From an uncultured Chloroflexia bacterium (lineage in GTDB: Bacteria; Chloroflexota; UBA6077; JACCZL01), in assembly GCA_963765765.1 (NCBI GenBank), contig CAVXYC010000020.1, positions 768,001-832,000 of the forward strand: a DNA stretch of 64,000 bases. Direction: 5' to 3'. The notes under the pieces were generated by a model that did no database searches, was not told where the DNA came from, and saw nothing but the letters and a program-made list of their open reading frames with translations. A program made the position numbers and the translations under genes. Positions 9,512-20,227 of this stretch are shown piece by piece (within the stretch, counting starts at the first letter, position 1; the number at the start of each line of letters is the position of its first letter).

Positions 9512-10612
9512 GTGACTCATTCAGCCATCGTCGATGCCGACGGTCACATCATGGAAGTACCAGCCCAGCTGGTGACGCATCTACCACCTATCTATAGAGA
9601 TAGCGGCAACATCCTGCACCTTGGCCGTCTATTCCCGCAGATCGACCATCTTCATTCACATCCAATAGAGACACCATTTAACCCACGCAAGACGCGCCAC
9701 AACGTGGGCGCGGATGAGTGGATCGAGTTCCTGGAAGATGTCGGAATTGAAGCCACTGTGCTCTACCCCAGCGCGGCATTGGCGCAGGGCTGGATGACTG
9801 ACCTGGACTGGTCCGTCGCGCTTTGCCGGGCATACAACGATTGGCTCCACGCCGAATATCTGCAGCGGAGTGAGCGGTTCAAGGGTATCGCCATCATTCC
9901 AATGCAGGACCCTGAGGAGGCCGCCCTCGAGCTGCGTCGCGCCATTGAGCAGCTCGGGATGGTGGGCGCAATGATTCCATCCAATGGATTACCCACGGAG
10001 ATCGGCTCCAAGATTTACTGGCCAATCTACCGAGAAGCCGACCGGCTCGGCTGTGCGCTTGCCGTACACGGCGGAAGCCACCGCGGCTATGGCATGGACC
10101 ATTTCAATAGGTACGCTCCGGCCCACGGCATCGGTCATCCGCTCGGCCAGCTCATTGGCCTGGGAAGCATCGTCTTCAATGGCATCTTCGATAAATTCCC
10201 GAACGCGCGCATCGGGTTCATGGAAGGTGGCGTGGCGTGGTTCCTGATGGCATTGGAGCGATTCGATCGATCACACGAGACACATCAACAGCTCGACCCG
10301 ACTGGCCAGTTCCGTGGTCCCGCCGACGGCGAGAAAGTCTCCGCCTACATCCAGCGGCATATCGATGCCGGCCGACTCTTTATCGGTTGTGAAGGCAGTG
10401 AGTCGCTCATTGGCAAGGCCGTGGAGATGGTCGGCAACAAGCCGTTCATGTTCTCGTCCGACTTCCCACATGAGGTCAACAACCACTTCTGTAAGGAAGA
10501 GATCGAAGAGCTCGAGGAGAATGCCGAGCTCACCGACGCAGATAAGGCCGCGATTCTTGGTGAGAATGCCAGGGCCTTCTATCAGCTCGCGGCAGTACCC
10601 GCGGCGGTGTAG
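9512..10612 (+). CDS. Amidohydrolase-2 family protein (decarboxylase/hydratase-like)
   Basis: DADGH, AYNDW, LAVHGG, MEGGVAW, SSDFPH motifs. Confidence 0.9.
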   Translation: MTHSAIVDADGHIMEVPAQLVTHLPPIYRDSGNILHLGRLFPQIDHLHSHPIETPFNPRKTRHNVGADEWIEFLEDVGIEATVLYPSAALAQGWMTDLDWSVALCRAYNDWLHAEYLQRSERFKGIAIIPMQDPEEAALELRRAIEQLGMVGAMIPSNGLPTEIGSKIYWPIYREADRLGCALAVHGGSHRGYGMDHFNRYAPAHGIGHPLGQLIGLGSIVFNGIFDKFPNARIGFMEGGVAWFLMALERFDRSHETHQQLDPTGQFRGPADGEKVSAYIQRHIDAGRLFIGCEGSESLIGKAVEMVGNKPFMFSSDFPHEVNNHFCKEEIEELEENAELTDADKAAILGENARAFYQLAAVPAAV

Positions 10613-10649
10613 CTCTAACTGAACGCGGGAATTCGTGGCGTCACCGTGG

Positions 10650-10758
10650 ACATCGGCGTAGTGGCGTCCCTTTACGGGCGCCACCCAGATCTCCTTGCCC
10701 CGAACGCAACTGAGGATGGCTAGGTGGCGCCCGTAAAGGGACGCCACTACGCCGATGT
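10650..10758. repeat. REP doublet (REPIN-like), family B
   Basis: Perfect 36-bp inverted repeat, 10650-10685 / 10723-10758; GTAG followed by TGGCGTCC-CTTTAC-GGGCGCCA hairpin. Confidence 0.85.
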
Positions 10759-10801
10759 TCGTGCATTCATCACTCGCCATTCGAAAGCGATATTCAACAT
10801 C

Positions 10802-13115
10802 ATGACAGACGCACCCGCCGCCCCCAGCCCCGAGATCTCCAGCAAGCTCGCCACGCCCGAGATGCGCATCGAGGGACCACTCAAGGTGACGGGCCGCGCC
10901 CGGTACGCCAGTGACGTCTTGCCGGAGGGCACGCTCCACGCGGGCTTCGTACGGAGTCCGCATCCTCACGCGCGCATCCGTTCGATCGATACAAGCGCCG
11001 CGCGAGCACTTCCAGGCGTAGTAACAGTGCTGACCGCCGATGACATTGGTCATCGGCGCTTCGGTCGGACGATCAACGATTGGCCGGTACTGTGCTGGGA
11101 CAAGGTCCACTTTGTGGGCGACCGCGTAGCAATCGTCGCGGCGGAGACACCGGAAGCACTCGGCGAAGCCATCCAGCTCGTGGATGTCGAATATGAGGAG
11201 CTTCAGCCCGTACTGGATCCCCTTTCCGCCCTGGCAGACGATGCGCCAATCATCCATGAAGATTACGACAGCTACCTGACAACCGGACGCGTGCGGCCGC
11301 ATCGTCCGCACCCAAATCTCCACGGCATGAGCGTCATCACCAAAGGCGACCCGGATATCGAACGCGTTATGGCGACAGCCGACCGCGTGATCGAGCACAC
11401 GTTCACGACGCCGCGCCAGCACCAGGGGTACATCGAGCCGCACGTCTCGCTCCTTTGGATCGAGGGCGAGACCGTTCGCATTCTTACGTCGAGTAAGGCG
11501 CCCTTCCGTCTCCGCAACCAGATGTCCACAGTCACCGGCTTACCGGTCGAGCAGATCGACGTGGATAGCTGTTACGTAGGTGGCGATTTTGGAGGCAAGG
11601 GCCTCTCCATGGATGATTTTGCCCTGTATTACGTTGCCCGCGAGACGGGACGGCCAGTTAAGGCCGTCATGTCCTATGGTGAGGAGCTCCAGACATCGGC
11701 GGGACGGCACGGCGCGGTCATTCGACTGCGCACGGGCGTCATGAACGACGGCCGAATCGTTGCCCACGACGCGGACGTGATCTTCGACGGTGGAGCATTC
11801 GCGGCGGGTAAACAGGCAGAAGACGGCGTGCTGGCATCAGGCGCCAAGACGATGGGGCCGTACAACATCCCGTGCACGCGCATAACGCTGAAGACCGCGT
11901 ACACAAATACGGTGGCAGGCGGGACATATGCGGGTGCCCGGCGAGTGCCAGGCCGTCTTTCCCGGCGAATCGCATGTCGATTTGATAGCCCAGGAGCTGG
12001 GAATCGATCCACTTCAGTTCAGGCTGATCAACGCGATCCGAGATGGCCAGTCTGGCCCGGCCAACGAGGTGGCCCGCGCTCCCAAAGCCGTAGAGATCCT
12101 GGAAACCATCAGCCGTGAGCTTGGCTGGGGACGAGAACCGCTTCGCAAACATCATGGCCGTGGACTTGCACTGGGCTACGGACACACCGGAGAGGGCACA
12201 ACGAGCATGGTGTTCGCCCTCAGGCCGGGCGGCTACGTGGAGGTGCTCACCGCCGTGCCCGATCAAGGAAGCGGCGGTCATACAGTCATTCGTCGCGTTT
12301 CGTCAGCCGTGATGTCCGTTGATCCTGAGCGAATCGTGGTGCGACACGGAACAACGTCGCAAGCGCCACTGGATCCCGGCGCGGGAGCGAGCCGGGTAAC
12401 GCACATCGTGGGGCAGGCGTCCATGCGTGGGGCAACGGAGCTGAAAAGCAAGCTGGAAGAGCTGGCCGCTGAAGTAATGGGGTGGCCCTCTAGCAAGGTG
12501 CGCATCGAGAACGATCGATTCGTCGTGGATGATGGCCGGTCAGAAGGCGCAGCATTCCAGGAAGTGACCGATCGAATCCTGAAAAGTGGGTCGGTGGGGA
12601 TCACCGGGGAGTACGGCTCCGCACACGCGCACACCGATCCGTCGGATTACAGCTTCTACGGTTATGGTGTGGAGGTTGAGGTGGATCCTGCAACGGGCGC
12701 CGTCACGGTACTGGACGCTCTATTGGTGGCTGATGTCGGCACGATCATCAACCCCACCGCTCACCAGGGTCAGCTTGATGGCGGCTTCATCTACGGCCTG
12801 GGCAACGGCATGATGGAGGATTTGGGATTGCAAGATGGCCGAGTCACCGCCTCCAGCCTTGGCGAGTACAAGCTGCCCACCATCGAGGACCTTCCAAACC
12901 TTAGGACGATTCTTCTTCAGACTCCCGTTGGGCCGGGCCCCTTTGGCTCGAGAATGTCCGGTGAGCTGTCTAGCACGGGCGTGGCGCCGGCCATTGCCAA
13001 CGCCATCGCCGCCGCTTGCGGTGCACGATTGATGCACTTACCACTGACGTCTGAGCAGGTTTACGATGCGATCACTGGTAATCTGAAACCAGATGGCGTC
13101 CGTGGGATCAACTAG
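10802..13115 (+). CDS. Xanthine dehydrogenase-family molybdopterin-binding large subunit (frameshift ~11922)
   Basis: KVTGRARY, RSPHPHARI, YIEPH, GGDFGGK, GGHMRVPG (after removing one G), DVGTIINP, GQLDGG. Confidence 0.9.
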
Positions 13116-13329
13116 CCAGACGGAGCAATCACGTGAGGTGAACTGACCTGAGCATCCTGAATCGAATTGGAGACAGGCACAACCGCGTTTGTTGTCTGTT
13201 GATCGCGGTCGTGCCGGGTGAATGCGCTGCCAGGAATCCTTCCAGCACCGAGAGTAGCACGATGATGCCAACAGTAATCCGCCAACCCACCGGTACGCGG
13301 GAAATGCGGCTGCGCGTCGCTTGAGTCAA
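13112..13329 (-). CDS. Small single-pass membrane protein B (probable frameshift in tail)
   Basis: Ungapped similarity to the protein at 13496-13669; an alternative frame ends at the CTAG shared with the xdh stop. Confidence 0.55.
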
Positions 13330-13495
13330 ACTCGCCGGATGCGGAGCTTGATGGCTTGTAACAATACGGATGGGACGTTTGCGCCCTTCCAGATGCGGCA
13401 GTTCACGAAGGAAGACGTTTCCAAGCCACCGGCCCTCCCTGCCGCAGGGAGAGGGGGTGGGGTCGTTCCTTTGCCCCTCGGACCTCGATCGCCCT

Positions 13496-13669
13496 CTAAT
13501 GAGCGGCTGGGGTACTCACCGCCGGCGCGGCCGCATTCGAATTTAACGATCGTGGCGCGGGATTCGGCGAATGGTTGGAAAGGTATGTATTAAGGATTCC
13601 GAGCAGGAGCATTCCGGCCGCTAGCAGCCGCCATTTCCAGGGGAATCGGCCGAGCTTTGGCTTGCTCAT
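13496..13669 (-). CDS. Small single-pass membrane protein A (57 aa)
   Basis: ATG with AGGT RBS; basic N-terminus, TM helix, Pro/Ala tail; paralog of protein B. Confidence 0.6.
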   Translation of the reverse strand: MSKPKLGRFPWKWRLLAAGMLLLGILNTYLSNHSPNPAPRSLNSNAAAPAVSTPAAH

Positions 13670-13886
13670 GTCGATAACCTGCACTTGATCACTAGCATGG
13701 AAAGACTCTTCCGATTCAGAAACCAGACTCTCTGGATACCGTCCGCGCGCGATGGCGCGAAGGTCCCGGGCGGGAAGCGGTCCCCATGCGGTGAGCTCGC
13801 TTTTTCCGAGGACGTGCTCACCCGACGTCGGTCGCATTCTCATATTCAAATCCTATCGCTCACGCCGACGAGCAGATTGACAGGCG

Positions 13887-13914
13887 TCTGAACACTATCT
13901 GAAAGTTATCTGAA
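13887..13914. promoter_or_regulatory. Triple direct repeat TCTGAA with 11-bp period (candidate winged-helix regulator site)
   Basis: TCTGAA starts at 13887, 13898 and 13909. Confidence 0.4.
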
Positions 13915-13950
13915 TCTTCGCCGCTCCCAGCCAGGGGCGGCGAGATTCAG
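13910..13950 (-). terminator. Hairpin downstream of the Gfo gene
   Basis: CTGAATCTTCGCCGCTCC / GGGGCGGCGAGATTCAG imperfect stem. Confidence 0.5.
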
Positions 13951-14010
13951 GCGTTCAAAGCCTTCATAGAGGTTGCCAGTAGGACAATTGACGGTGCGAC
14001 TTGGAGATGA

Positions 14011-15272
14011 CTACCGCCGAATCATCTCCAGCCCAGACCACACATCCTTCGGATATTCCACCTGGTGCTGCATCATCAGCTCCTTGCGCTGGGCGGAGGA
14101 GTCGACGATACCCAGGACCACTTCGGTGGTGGCCTTGCCCCAGCGGCCGTCATGGGCCGCGAGAGGACGGTCATTGGCCCAGGCGTCGTACATAAGCTCG
14201 ATCTCAGTGGCGGTGTAGCGGTTGGTGAAATGCTCACCAGCGGGTACGTCGATCTCATGACGCCCGTTCTCGTCGTAGAGATAGAGACCGGTGGGAGACT
14301 GGCGAATGTCGCCCTTCTCGCAGCTCACCACAGTGATGCCGAAAAAGGCATGGCGCTTGTCCGGTCCCGCGCCGACTTGAAGGCCCGGGCCGCTGCGTTC
14401 GCCGCCGTAGCGGGTTGAATTCTTATACGCGATCTCTTCCTCGCGGCTTTTGAACTCCTTGATCCGCTGGCGCGTCTTAGCGTTGGTATTCGGGTCTTGC
14501 GGGTTGCCTTGCAGCCCAATACCCCAGTGCAGCTCAGTGGTATCGAAGTAGCCGTAGGCGTTGTACGCGAGCGTTGCCGAAGCCCGATTCTCGAACTCAA
14601 GGTAGGCCGTGTAGCTTCCCTCCACAGGTCGGTTGCGGTCGGCGATGGTGGTCACGGCCTTCACACTGCGCACGAGACCGCCGCCCAGCATTCGAGCGAT
14701 CTCTACCTGTACCGGCCCCGGCGCCGAACCAGGCCCTCACCCATGCTGATATCCAGCTCGATCTCCCCGCGTGGACGATAGAGCCAGTCGCTATAGAACC
14801 ACGTATTCACCATGAGCGGCGCGCCCAGCTCACCGCTATTGACGATGTGCGCCATGGCTCGGATGGGCGCATCCATAGCCTGAGAATGCCCGGTGATCAA
14901 GCGGACGCCATTGCGCTCGGCGGCTTCGATCATGCGATCGCACTCTTCCAGACTGAGCGCCATGGGCTTATCGCAGAAGACTTGCTTTCCATGGTTGGCT
15001 GCGATGACGGCGTGCTCAGCATGTAGATGGTTGGGTGTCAGGATGTACACCGCATCGACGTTGGGGCTCTCGCACATGGATGCGACGGAGCGATATGTCT
15101 CGCCCCCGAATTCACTACTGAACTTGTCCAGTGCTTCCTGACGCAGGTCCGCCGCGGCGGTGATCTGTATTCCAGGATGAGCGTGAAGCTCGGGCAAGGC
15201 GTTGGGTACGGCCGTACCAAGTCCAGCCATGCCAACTCGGAGAATCGGCATTTGCTTACCGTTTGCGGTCAT
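14011..15272 (-). CDS. Gfo/Idh/MocA oxidoreductase (cis-dihydrodiol dehydrogenase-like; frameshift ~14718)
   Basis: GMAGLG Rossmann motif, TPNHLHAEH, DKPMA, WLYRPR, MLGGGLVRSV, HDGRWGKATTEV. Confidence 0.88.
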
Positions 15273-15354
15273 GGTTGTTACTCACGCTCGAGCAGATTGC
15301 CCAGAGTGTAGCGCAGGCCACTCGACTAGGTCTCATGAACAGGACGCGCGGCTC

Positions 15355-16116
15355 CTATTTCACAAAGAAGCTGCTCGTGGCTTTGCCTGTTCCGCCATCG
15401 GGAGCCAGGGCCGTGACACGCACGGTGGTGGTACCGCGATACTTGCGCATGGACCATTCGTGGTGCGATCGGCCATTGACATTGGTTAAGGTCGCTTCGC
15501 GCTCAACCTCAGGGTCCTCGTCCTCCACAATGAATCGCACGAGCACGTCCTGAACTGGCTGGGAGTTGCGTGTGACTTCGACAAGTATCTCCTGTCTGTC
15601 CCGCCGATCGAGCTCCGGCATTTTGAACCGCACCTCGACCGTGAGCGGCAAACCGGGTTCGGCCTCCGCCTCGAGCGGTGGCGTTCGTCTGGGGGTGGGC
15701 GTGGCCGTTGGCAGCGCGAGCTCCGGACTCTCCAGCGCCACATTGCGCACTGGGGTAGCCGTGGGCGTAGCAACGGCGACCGTTTCCCTCGTCAAATATT
15801 CGGCGGCCAGCCAACCCACTCGCCCCTGAGCATCGCGCACGGGCAGCCATGACCGGTCCGTGGCCTGCTCTGGTCCAATGATGACAACCACGGCGCCCTC
15901 TGGCTCAACAGCGATCATACTGGCCGTTCGACTGGCTTCGGCGCGCAGGATCAGGCCGTCAGGGCCAGTACCAGTAACACGCGCATTCTGTGCGGGCTGT
16001 GCGAAAGCACTAAACGCTGGAACACTGAGCAGACAGGCGATAACGATGCCCATGAGGCTGAAACGTGCCCAAGAAGCCCAGGTCAACACAGCTCTCCCAC
16101 CACGTAGCCCTCCCAT
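15355..16116 (-). CDS. Secreted protein with SH3b domain, Pro/Thr linker and Ig-like domain
   Basis: Signal peptide; GLILRAEAS...WLPVRDAQGRVGWLAAEYL; TPTATP repeats. Confidence 0.75.
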   Translation of the reverse strand: MGGLRGGRAVLTWASWARFSLMGIVIACLLSVPAFSAFAQPAQNARVTGTGPDGLILRAEASRTASMIAVEPEGAVVVIIGPEQATDRSWLPVRDAQGRVGWLAAEYLTRETVAVATPTATPVRNVALESPELALPTATPTPRRTPPLEAEAEPGLPLTVEVRFKMPELDRRDRQEILVEVTRNSQPVQDVLVRFIVEDEDPEVEREATLTNVNGRSHHEWSMRKYRGTTTVRVTALAPDGGTGKATSSFFVK

Positions 16117-16246
16117 CTCACGCGCCGTGAGATGTTGAAGCCGTCCAAGTTTTGTCGAAATGGTCTCGACCTACGGTCATGCTAGGGTAGCCACAATATA
16201 TTGAGACGTCATTGTAGCTTCCGTGAACGAATCTGTGAGGTGCCGG

Positions 16247-17161
16247 ATGCGCGTATTGATAACCGGAGGATCGGGCTTCATTGGCAAGCGCCTGTGTCGA
16301 GCCCTTCTGGACCGCGGCCACGATCTTACTGTGCTCACTCGGAACGCGGACTCTGCGCGAGAAGCGCTTCCTAGCTCTGTTCAAGTACAGGTATGGAATC
16401 CAGACCAGTCGGATCCCAAGCTAACGCTTCCTGTAGGGATAGATGGGGTCGTTAACCTCGCCGGCGAATCGATTGCTGGCGGCCGCTGGACCGAGGAGCG
16501 CAAGGCCAGGATTCGGAGCTCTCGAATGCGAGCAACGAACGCACTAGTTGCCGCCATGCGTGACTCTGACCCGCGGCCGTCAGTGCTGGTCAATGCCTCC
16601 GCGGTGGGCTATTACGGATCCAGGGGAGATGAGCCGCTCTCCGAGGACGCGTCGCCAGGTCGCGGCTTTCTGACCGACGTGGTTCTGGAGTGGGAGCAAA
16701 GCGCGCTCGCCGCGGAACCGCTGGGGGTACGAGTGGTGTTGTTGCGCATTGGTGTGGTGCTCGGTAGAGACGGTGGTGCGCTTCCGCAGATGTCGATGCC
16801 GTTCAGGCTGTTTGTCGGTGGCCCCGTCGCATCGGGAAAGCAGTGGCTCTCCTGGATTCATGTGGACGACGTCGTAGGCATGATTGTGTGGGCGCTGGAA
16901 AACTCCCGCGTGTCCGGTCCCATCAACGCCGTTGCACCAGAGCCGCTGACCAACGCCAACTTCAGCAGGGGAATAGGTCGGACTCTTGGAAAGCCGAGCT
17001 GGTTACCGGCGCCGGCATTCGCGCTCAACGCGTTGTTTGGAGAGATGGCTGACGCCTTGCTCGTGAATGGACAACGAGTGATTCCGAAGCGAGCCCAAGA
17101 GCTTGGCTACGCCTTTCACTATCCCAGTGCGCGGGCCGCTCTCCGTGAAGCGCTCGGCTAG
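16247..17161 (+). CDS. TIGR01777/YfcH-family NAD-dependent epimerase
   Basis: [33 protein letters not shown]. Confidence 0.92.
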   Translation: MRVLITGGSGFIGKRLCRALLDRGHDLTVLTRNADSAREALPSSVQVQVWNPDQSDPKLTLPVGIDGVVNLAGESIAGGRWTEERKARIRSSRMRATNALVAAMRDSDPRPSVLVNASAVGYYGSRGDEPLSEDASPGRGFLTDVVLEWEQSALAAEPLGVRVVLLRIGVVLGRDGGALPQMSMPFRLFVGGPVASGKQWLSWIHVDDVVGMIVWALENSRVSGPINAVAPEPLTNANFSRGIGRTLGKPSWLPAPAFALNALFGEMADALLVNGQRVIPKRAQELGYAFHYPSARAALREALG

Positions 17162-17318
17162 AAATCTCCACCGGAATGACACCCTAATTGAGCGGGGTGC
17201 CGGGGACGGGATATGCAGGCAATACGGCACATTTCTTGCACGCGGCGAACAAGGCTTCACACGCCGGGAACCATACGTCCCCTCCCCGCGTTATAAAGTT
17301 CGAACGGTGGGGGGAACT

Positions 17319-18365
17319 ATGAAAAACCAGCACCAAGCAAAGAACACAAGCATGATTTCCGAGAGTGTGTCGCCAGTCTCCGAGGAGAACGAGATGCCCC
17401 TACTGGTTGACGACCTCGAGGTTCCGCGAGAACCAACGCACGAACCGACTTCTGAGACCGCTCAGGAGTCGCTGCCGCTCTATTTGCAGGAAATCGGCCG
17501 AGTGGCCCTGCTGACTGGAGCGGAAGAAGTGACGTTGGCCAAGGCCATCGAGGCCGGAAACTTTGCTGCCGAAAAGCTTCAGAATCGAGACGAGCTAAGC
17601 GAAGAAGAAACGCATGCGCTGGAGGTGGAGGTCCGCCTCGGACAACGAGCTCGTCGGCAGCTTATTGAAGCGAACCTGCGTCTCGTCGTCAGCGTAGCTC
17701 GCCGTTATGCCAATCGCGGTATGCCCATCGCAGACCTTATCCAGGCGGGCAATATTGGACTCCTGCGCGCTGTCGAGAAATTCGACTATCAACGGGGCTT
17801 CAAGTTCAGTACATACGCAACGTGGTGGATTCGCCAGGCAATCACTCGGACAATAGCTGATCACGCTCGAACCATCCGCATACCAGTGCACATGGTCGAG
17901 ACGATCAACCGGATGGTTCGAGCACTGGGCCGACTCCAGCAGGAGTACGGCCGCGAGCCCACGGCCGAAGAGATCGGTCGCGAGCTTGAGATGACGGCGG
18001 ATCGCGTACGCGAGATTAGTCGCGCCCTTCCCTCACCGATGTCGCTGGACACCATGGTAGGCGAGGACCAGGACTCCGTGCTGTCAGACTTTATTGAGGA
18101 TCCGGACGCGCCCGACCTTGACGACGCGGCCGGACGGGCCCTGCTCAAGGAGCAGGTTCGCCTGGCTCTGGATTCGCTGACGCCGCGAGAGCGACGCGTC
18201 CTCGAGCTCCGCTTCGGTCTCGATCGCACCGAGAGCCTGACTCTTTCAGAGATCGGTGATGCGCTGGGGGTCACCCGAGAGAGGATTCGCCAGATCGAAG
18301 CCACGGCACTGAGGAAGTTGCGGCATCCGTCGCGATCCAGAAAACTGCGGGAGTTCGCCGGGTAG
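17319..18365 (+). CDS. RpoD-like sigma-70 factor lacking region 1.1
   Basis: YLQEIG (1.2), [22 protein letters not shown] (2.3-2.4), [10 protein letters not shown] (4.2). Confidence 0.93.
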   Translation: MKNQHQAKNTSMISESVSPVSEENEMPLLVDDLEVPREPTHEPTSETAQESLPLYLQEIGRVALLTGAEEVTLAKAIEAGNFAAEKLQNRDELSEEETHALEVEVRLGQRARRQLIEANLRLVVSVARRYANRGMPIADLIQAGNIGLLRAVEKFDYQRGFKFSTYATWWIRQAITRTIADHARTIRIPVHMVETINRMVRALGRLQQEYGREPTAEEIGRELEMTADRVREISRALPSPMSLDTMVGEDQDSVLSDFIEDPDAPDLDDAAGRALLKEQVRLALDSLTPRERRVLELRFGLDRTESLTLSEIGDALGVTRERIRQIEATALRKLRHPSRSRKLREFAG

Positions 18366-18384
18366 GACTCGTTCGGTCAGGCTA

Positions 18385-18416
18385 CAAAGCCCCGGTCTTC
18401 CTGGATCGGGGCTTTT
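18385..18416 (+). terminator. Rho-independent terminator, probably bidirectional
   Basis: AAAGCCCCGGTC...GATCGGGGCTTTT between convergent genes. Confidence 0.8.
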
Positions 18417-18469
18417 GCATTTTGAAGCCGGGCCTCGCTGTGGAGCGAGGCGGTCACGGCTTCCGCAAT

Positions 18470-20227
18470 CTAACTCGTGACGTATTCCCCAATCCCAAGG
18501 CGATCCAGGGTCTGTGGGAGCGGGGTTCCAGTTGAAGCATCCCATCCGCGCTCCGTGTAATAGCCGGTAACCACGGCTCGCACGCCTTCCACGGTCAGCG
18601 GCTTGTCCGCGAAAGGGCCTTTCTTCAACGGCTCCAAAAACCGCTTCGGAAGCTTGTCGTCAGCATCCGTGAATCCACAGCGCTGATTGAAGAGGCGAGC
18701 CATACTCACGCCACGTTCGAACACTTCGTTCAGCTCAGCGTCGGTCATGCCCCAGCCGGTGACCGCATTGACGATGTCCAGCGTTGTCGGGTCATCGTAG
18801 GCCAGGAACTGACAGATCCCTACGGTATTCCGAAGTGACGTGCGAGCGTGCGCGCCGCCGGTGTGGTCGCCACCCGTGGGGTTGACTGGATAGTTTGCAA
18901 GCATTCGATCCATGGCCCGCGGGTCGTGCATCGCTACCTCAAGACCGCGAACGTGGACCACGTACTGCTCGGTATCTCGGCCGATCGCACGCGCAGCGCG
19001 CAGAGCGCCGTCAGCGAGGGTGTTCCCGAATCCCTGACGCTGAGCGATCATGTCAATCAGCGTGTTGAGCAAAGAGCCATCGCCCCACTCCAGCGCCAGG
19101 CCGCCCGTGTCTTCCGTTGTGAGTAGGCCACGCTGATAGCACTCCATAGCCCACGCGATGCTGGCGCCGGTAGACACGCTATCGAGTCCCCACCAGTTAA
19201 GAGACTGGTTTGCCTTGCACAGCGCCACGAGATCATCAATTCCGAGATTCGTGCCTGTCGCACCGAGCGTCTCGTACTCGGGGCCGCCGTACTTTGGCTC
19301 CACTTCAACGCCTGCCTTGAGCGCGTCGATACGCACGCGCTTCTTGCACCGCACTGAGCAGGCGTAGCATCCATCCATCTTCTCGCCAAACTCATCCTTG
19401 AGTGTCTTAGCGTCAATGAGCTGCACCGTGTCCATGGAGCCCTCCTGCCAGTTCTTGACCGGCAAATGCCCCTCCAGGTGCTTGCCCACCATAGCCGCGC
19501 CCGTACCCCAGGTATGGAAGTTGTAGTGCTCCTGATCCATGGTGTCCCGCACCCACATAGCCACATCGCGGACGCGGCCAGCGTCGGCCATAGGGACCTG
19601 CTTTTTGCCACGGACCGCAATGGCTTTTAGGTTCTTGGAGCCCATGACGGCGCCCATACCAAGGCGCCCGGCCATTTCATTCAGGTCATGTACGACGAGC
19701 GCGTAACGGACGAGGTTCTCCCCCGCGATTCCGGTCTGCGCAACACGGATCAGGCGATCACCATGATCGGTGCGGATGGCGTCTTCAACATCACCGGTCC
19801 GCTTGCCCCAGAGATGTGCCGCGTCGCGAATCTCCACAGTTGTCTCATCGATCCAGAGATACACAGGCCGCTCCGCGCGTCCCTGGACGATGATTCCGTC
19901 ATAGCCCGCGTGTTTCAGCTCCGCGCCCCAGAACCCGCCGGCCTCGGCCTCGCCAAACCCACCCGTGAGCGGCGATTTCGCGCCGACGCTGTGCCTGCCC
20001 GCCCCAGGCAGCGGCACGCCCGTGACGGGTCCCGCCATGAACATCAGCCGATTGTCAGGATCAAGCCCGTCGACAGAAGCAGGCACTTCTCGCAGCAGAT
20101 AATGAGCAATGAACGAGCGGCCGCCAGCGTGTTTGCGGAAGAACGCTTCACCGGGATGCTCCTCCCAGATTCGTCCATCGGACAGGTCGATCCGCAGGAT
20201 ACGATCCCAGAATCCGTTCGCCATCAT
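18470..20227 (-). CDS. aor: Aldehyde:ferredoxin oxidoreductase family (W/Mo-pterin) protein
   Basis: KSPLTGG, GMGAVMGSKNLKAI, CYACSVRC, GPEYET, GLD, GICQF. Confidence 0.92.
   Translation of the reverse strand: MMANGFWDRILRIDLSDGRIWEEHPGEAFFRKHAGGRSFIAHYLLREVPASVDGLDPDNRLMFMAGPVTGVPLPGAGRHSVGAKSPLTGGFGEAEAGGFWGAELKHAGYDGIIVQGRAERPVYLWIDETTVEIRDAAHLWGKRTGDVEDAIRTDHGDRLIRVAQTGIAGENLVRYALVVHDLNEMAGRLGMGAVMGSKNLKAIAVRGKKQVPMADAGRVRDVAMWVRDTMDQEHYNFHTWGTGAAMVGKHLEGHLPVKNWQEGSMDTVQLIDAKTLKDEFGEKMDGCYACSVRCKKRVRIDALKAGVEVEPKYGGPEYETLGATGTNLGIDDLVALCKANQSLNWWGLDSVSTGASIAWAMECYQRGLLTTEDTGGLALEWGDGSLLNTLIDMIAQRQGFGNTLADGALRAARAIGRDTEQYVVHVRGLEVAMHDPRAMDRMLANYPVNPTGGDHTGGAHARTSLRNTVGICQFLAYDDPTTLDIVNAVTGWGMTDAELNEVFERGVSMARLFNQRCGFTDADDKLPKRFLEPLKKGPFADKPLTVEGVRAVVTGYYTERGWDASTGTPLPQTLDRLGIGEYVTS

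Noticed and set aside
10271-11443. Long antisense ORFs (this 390-aa ORF, also 25586-26467, 20998-21687 and others)
   Set aside because: Shadow ORFs opposite well-supported genes, expected in GC-rich DNA; no recognisable motifs.
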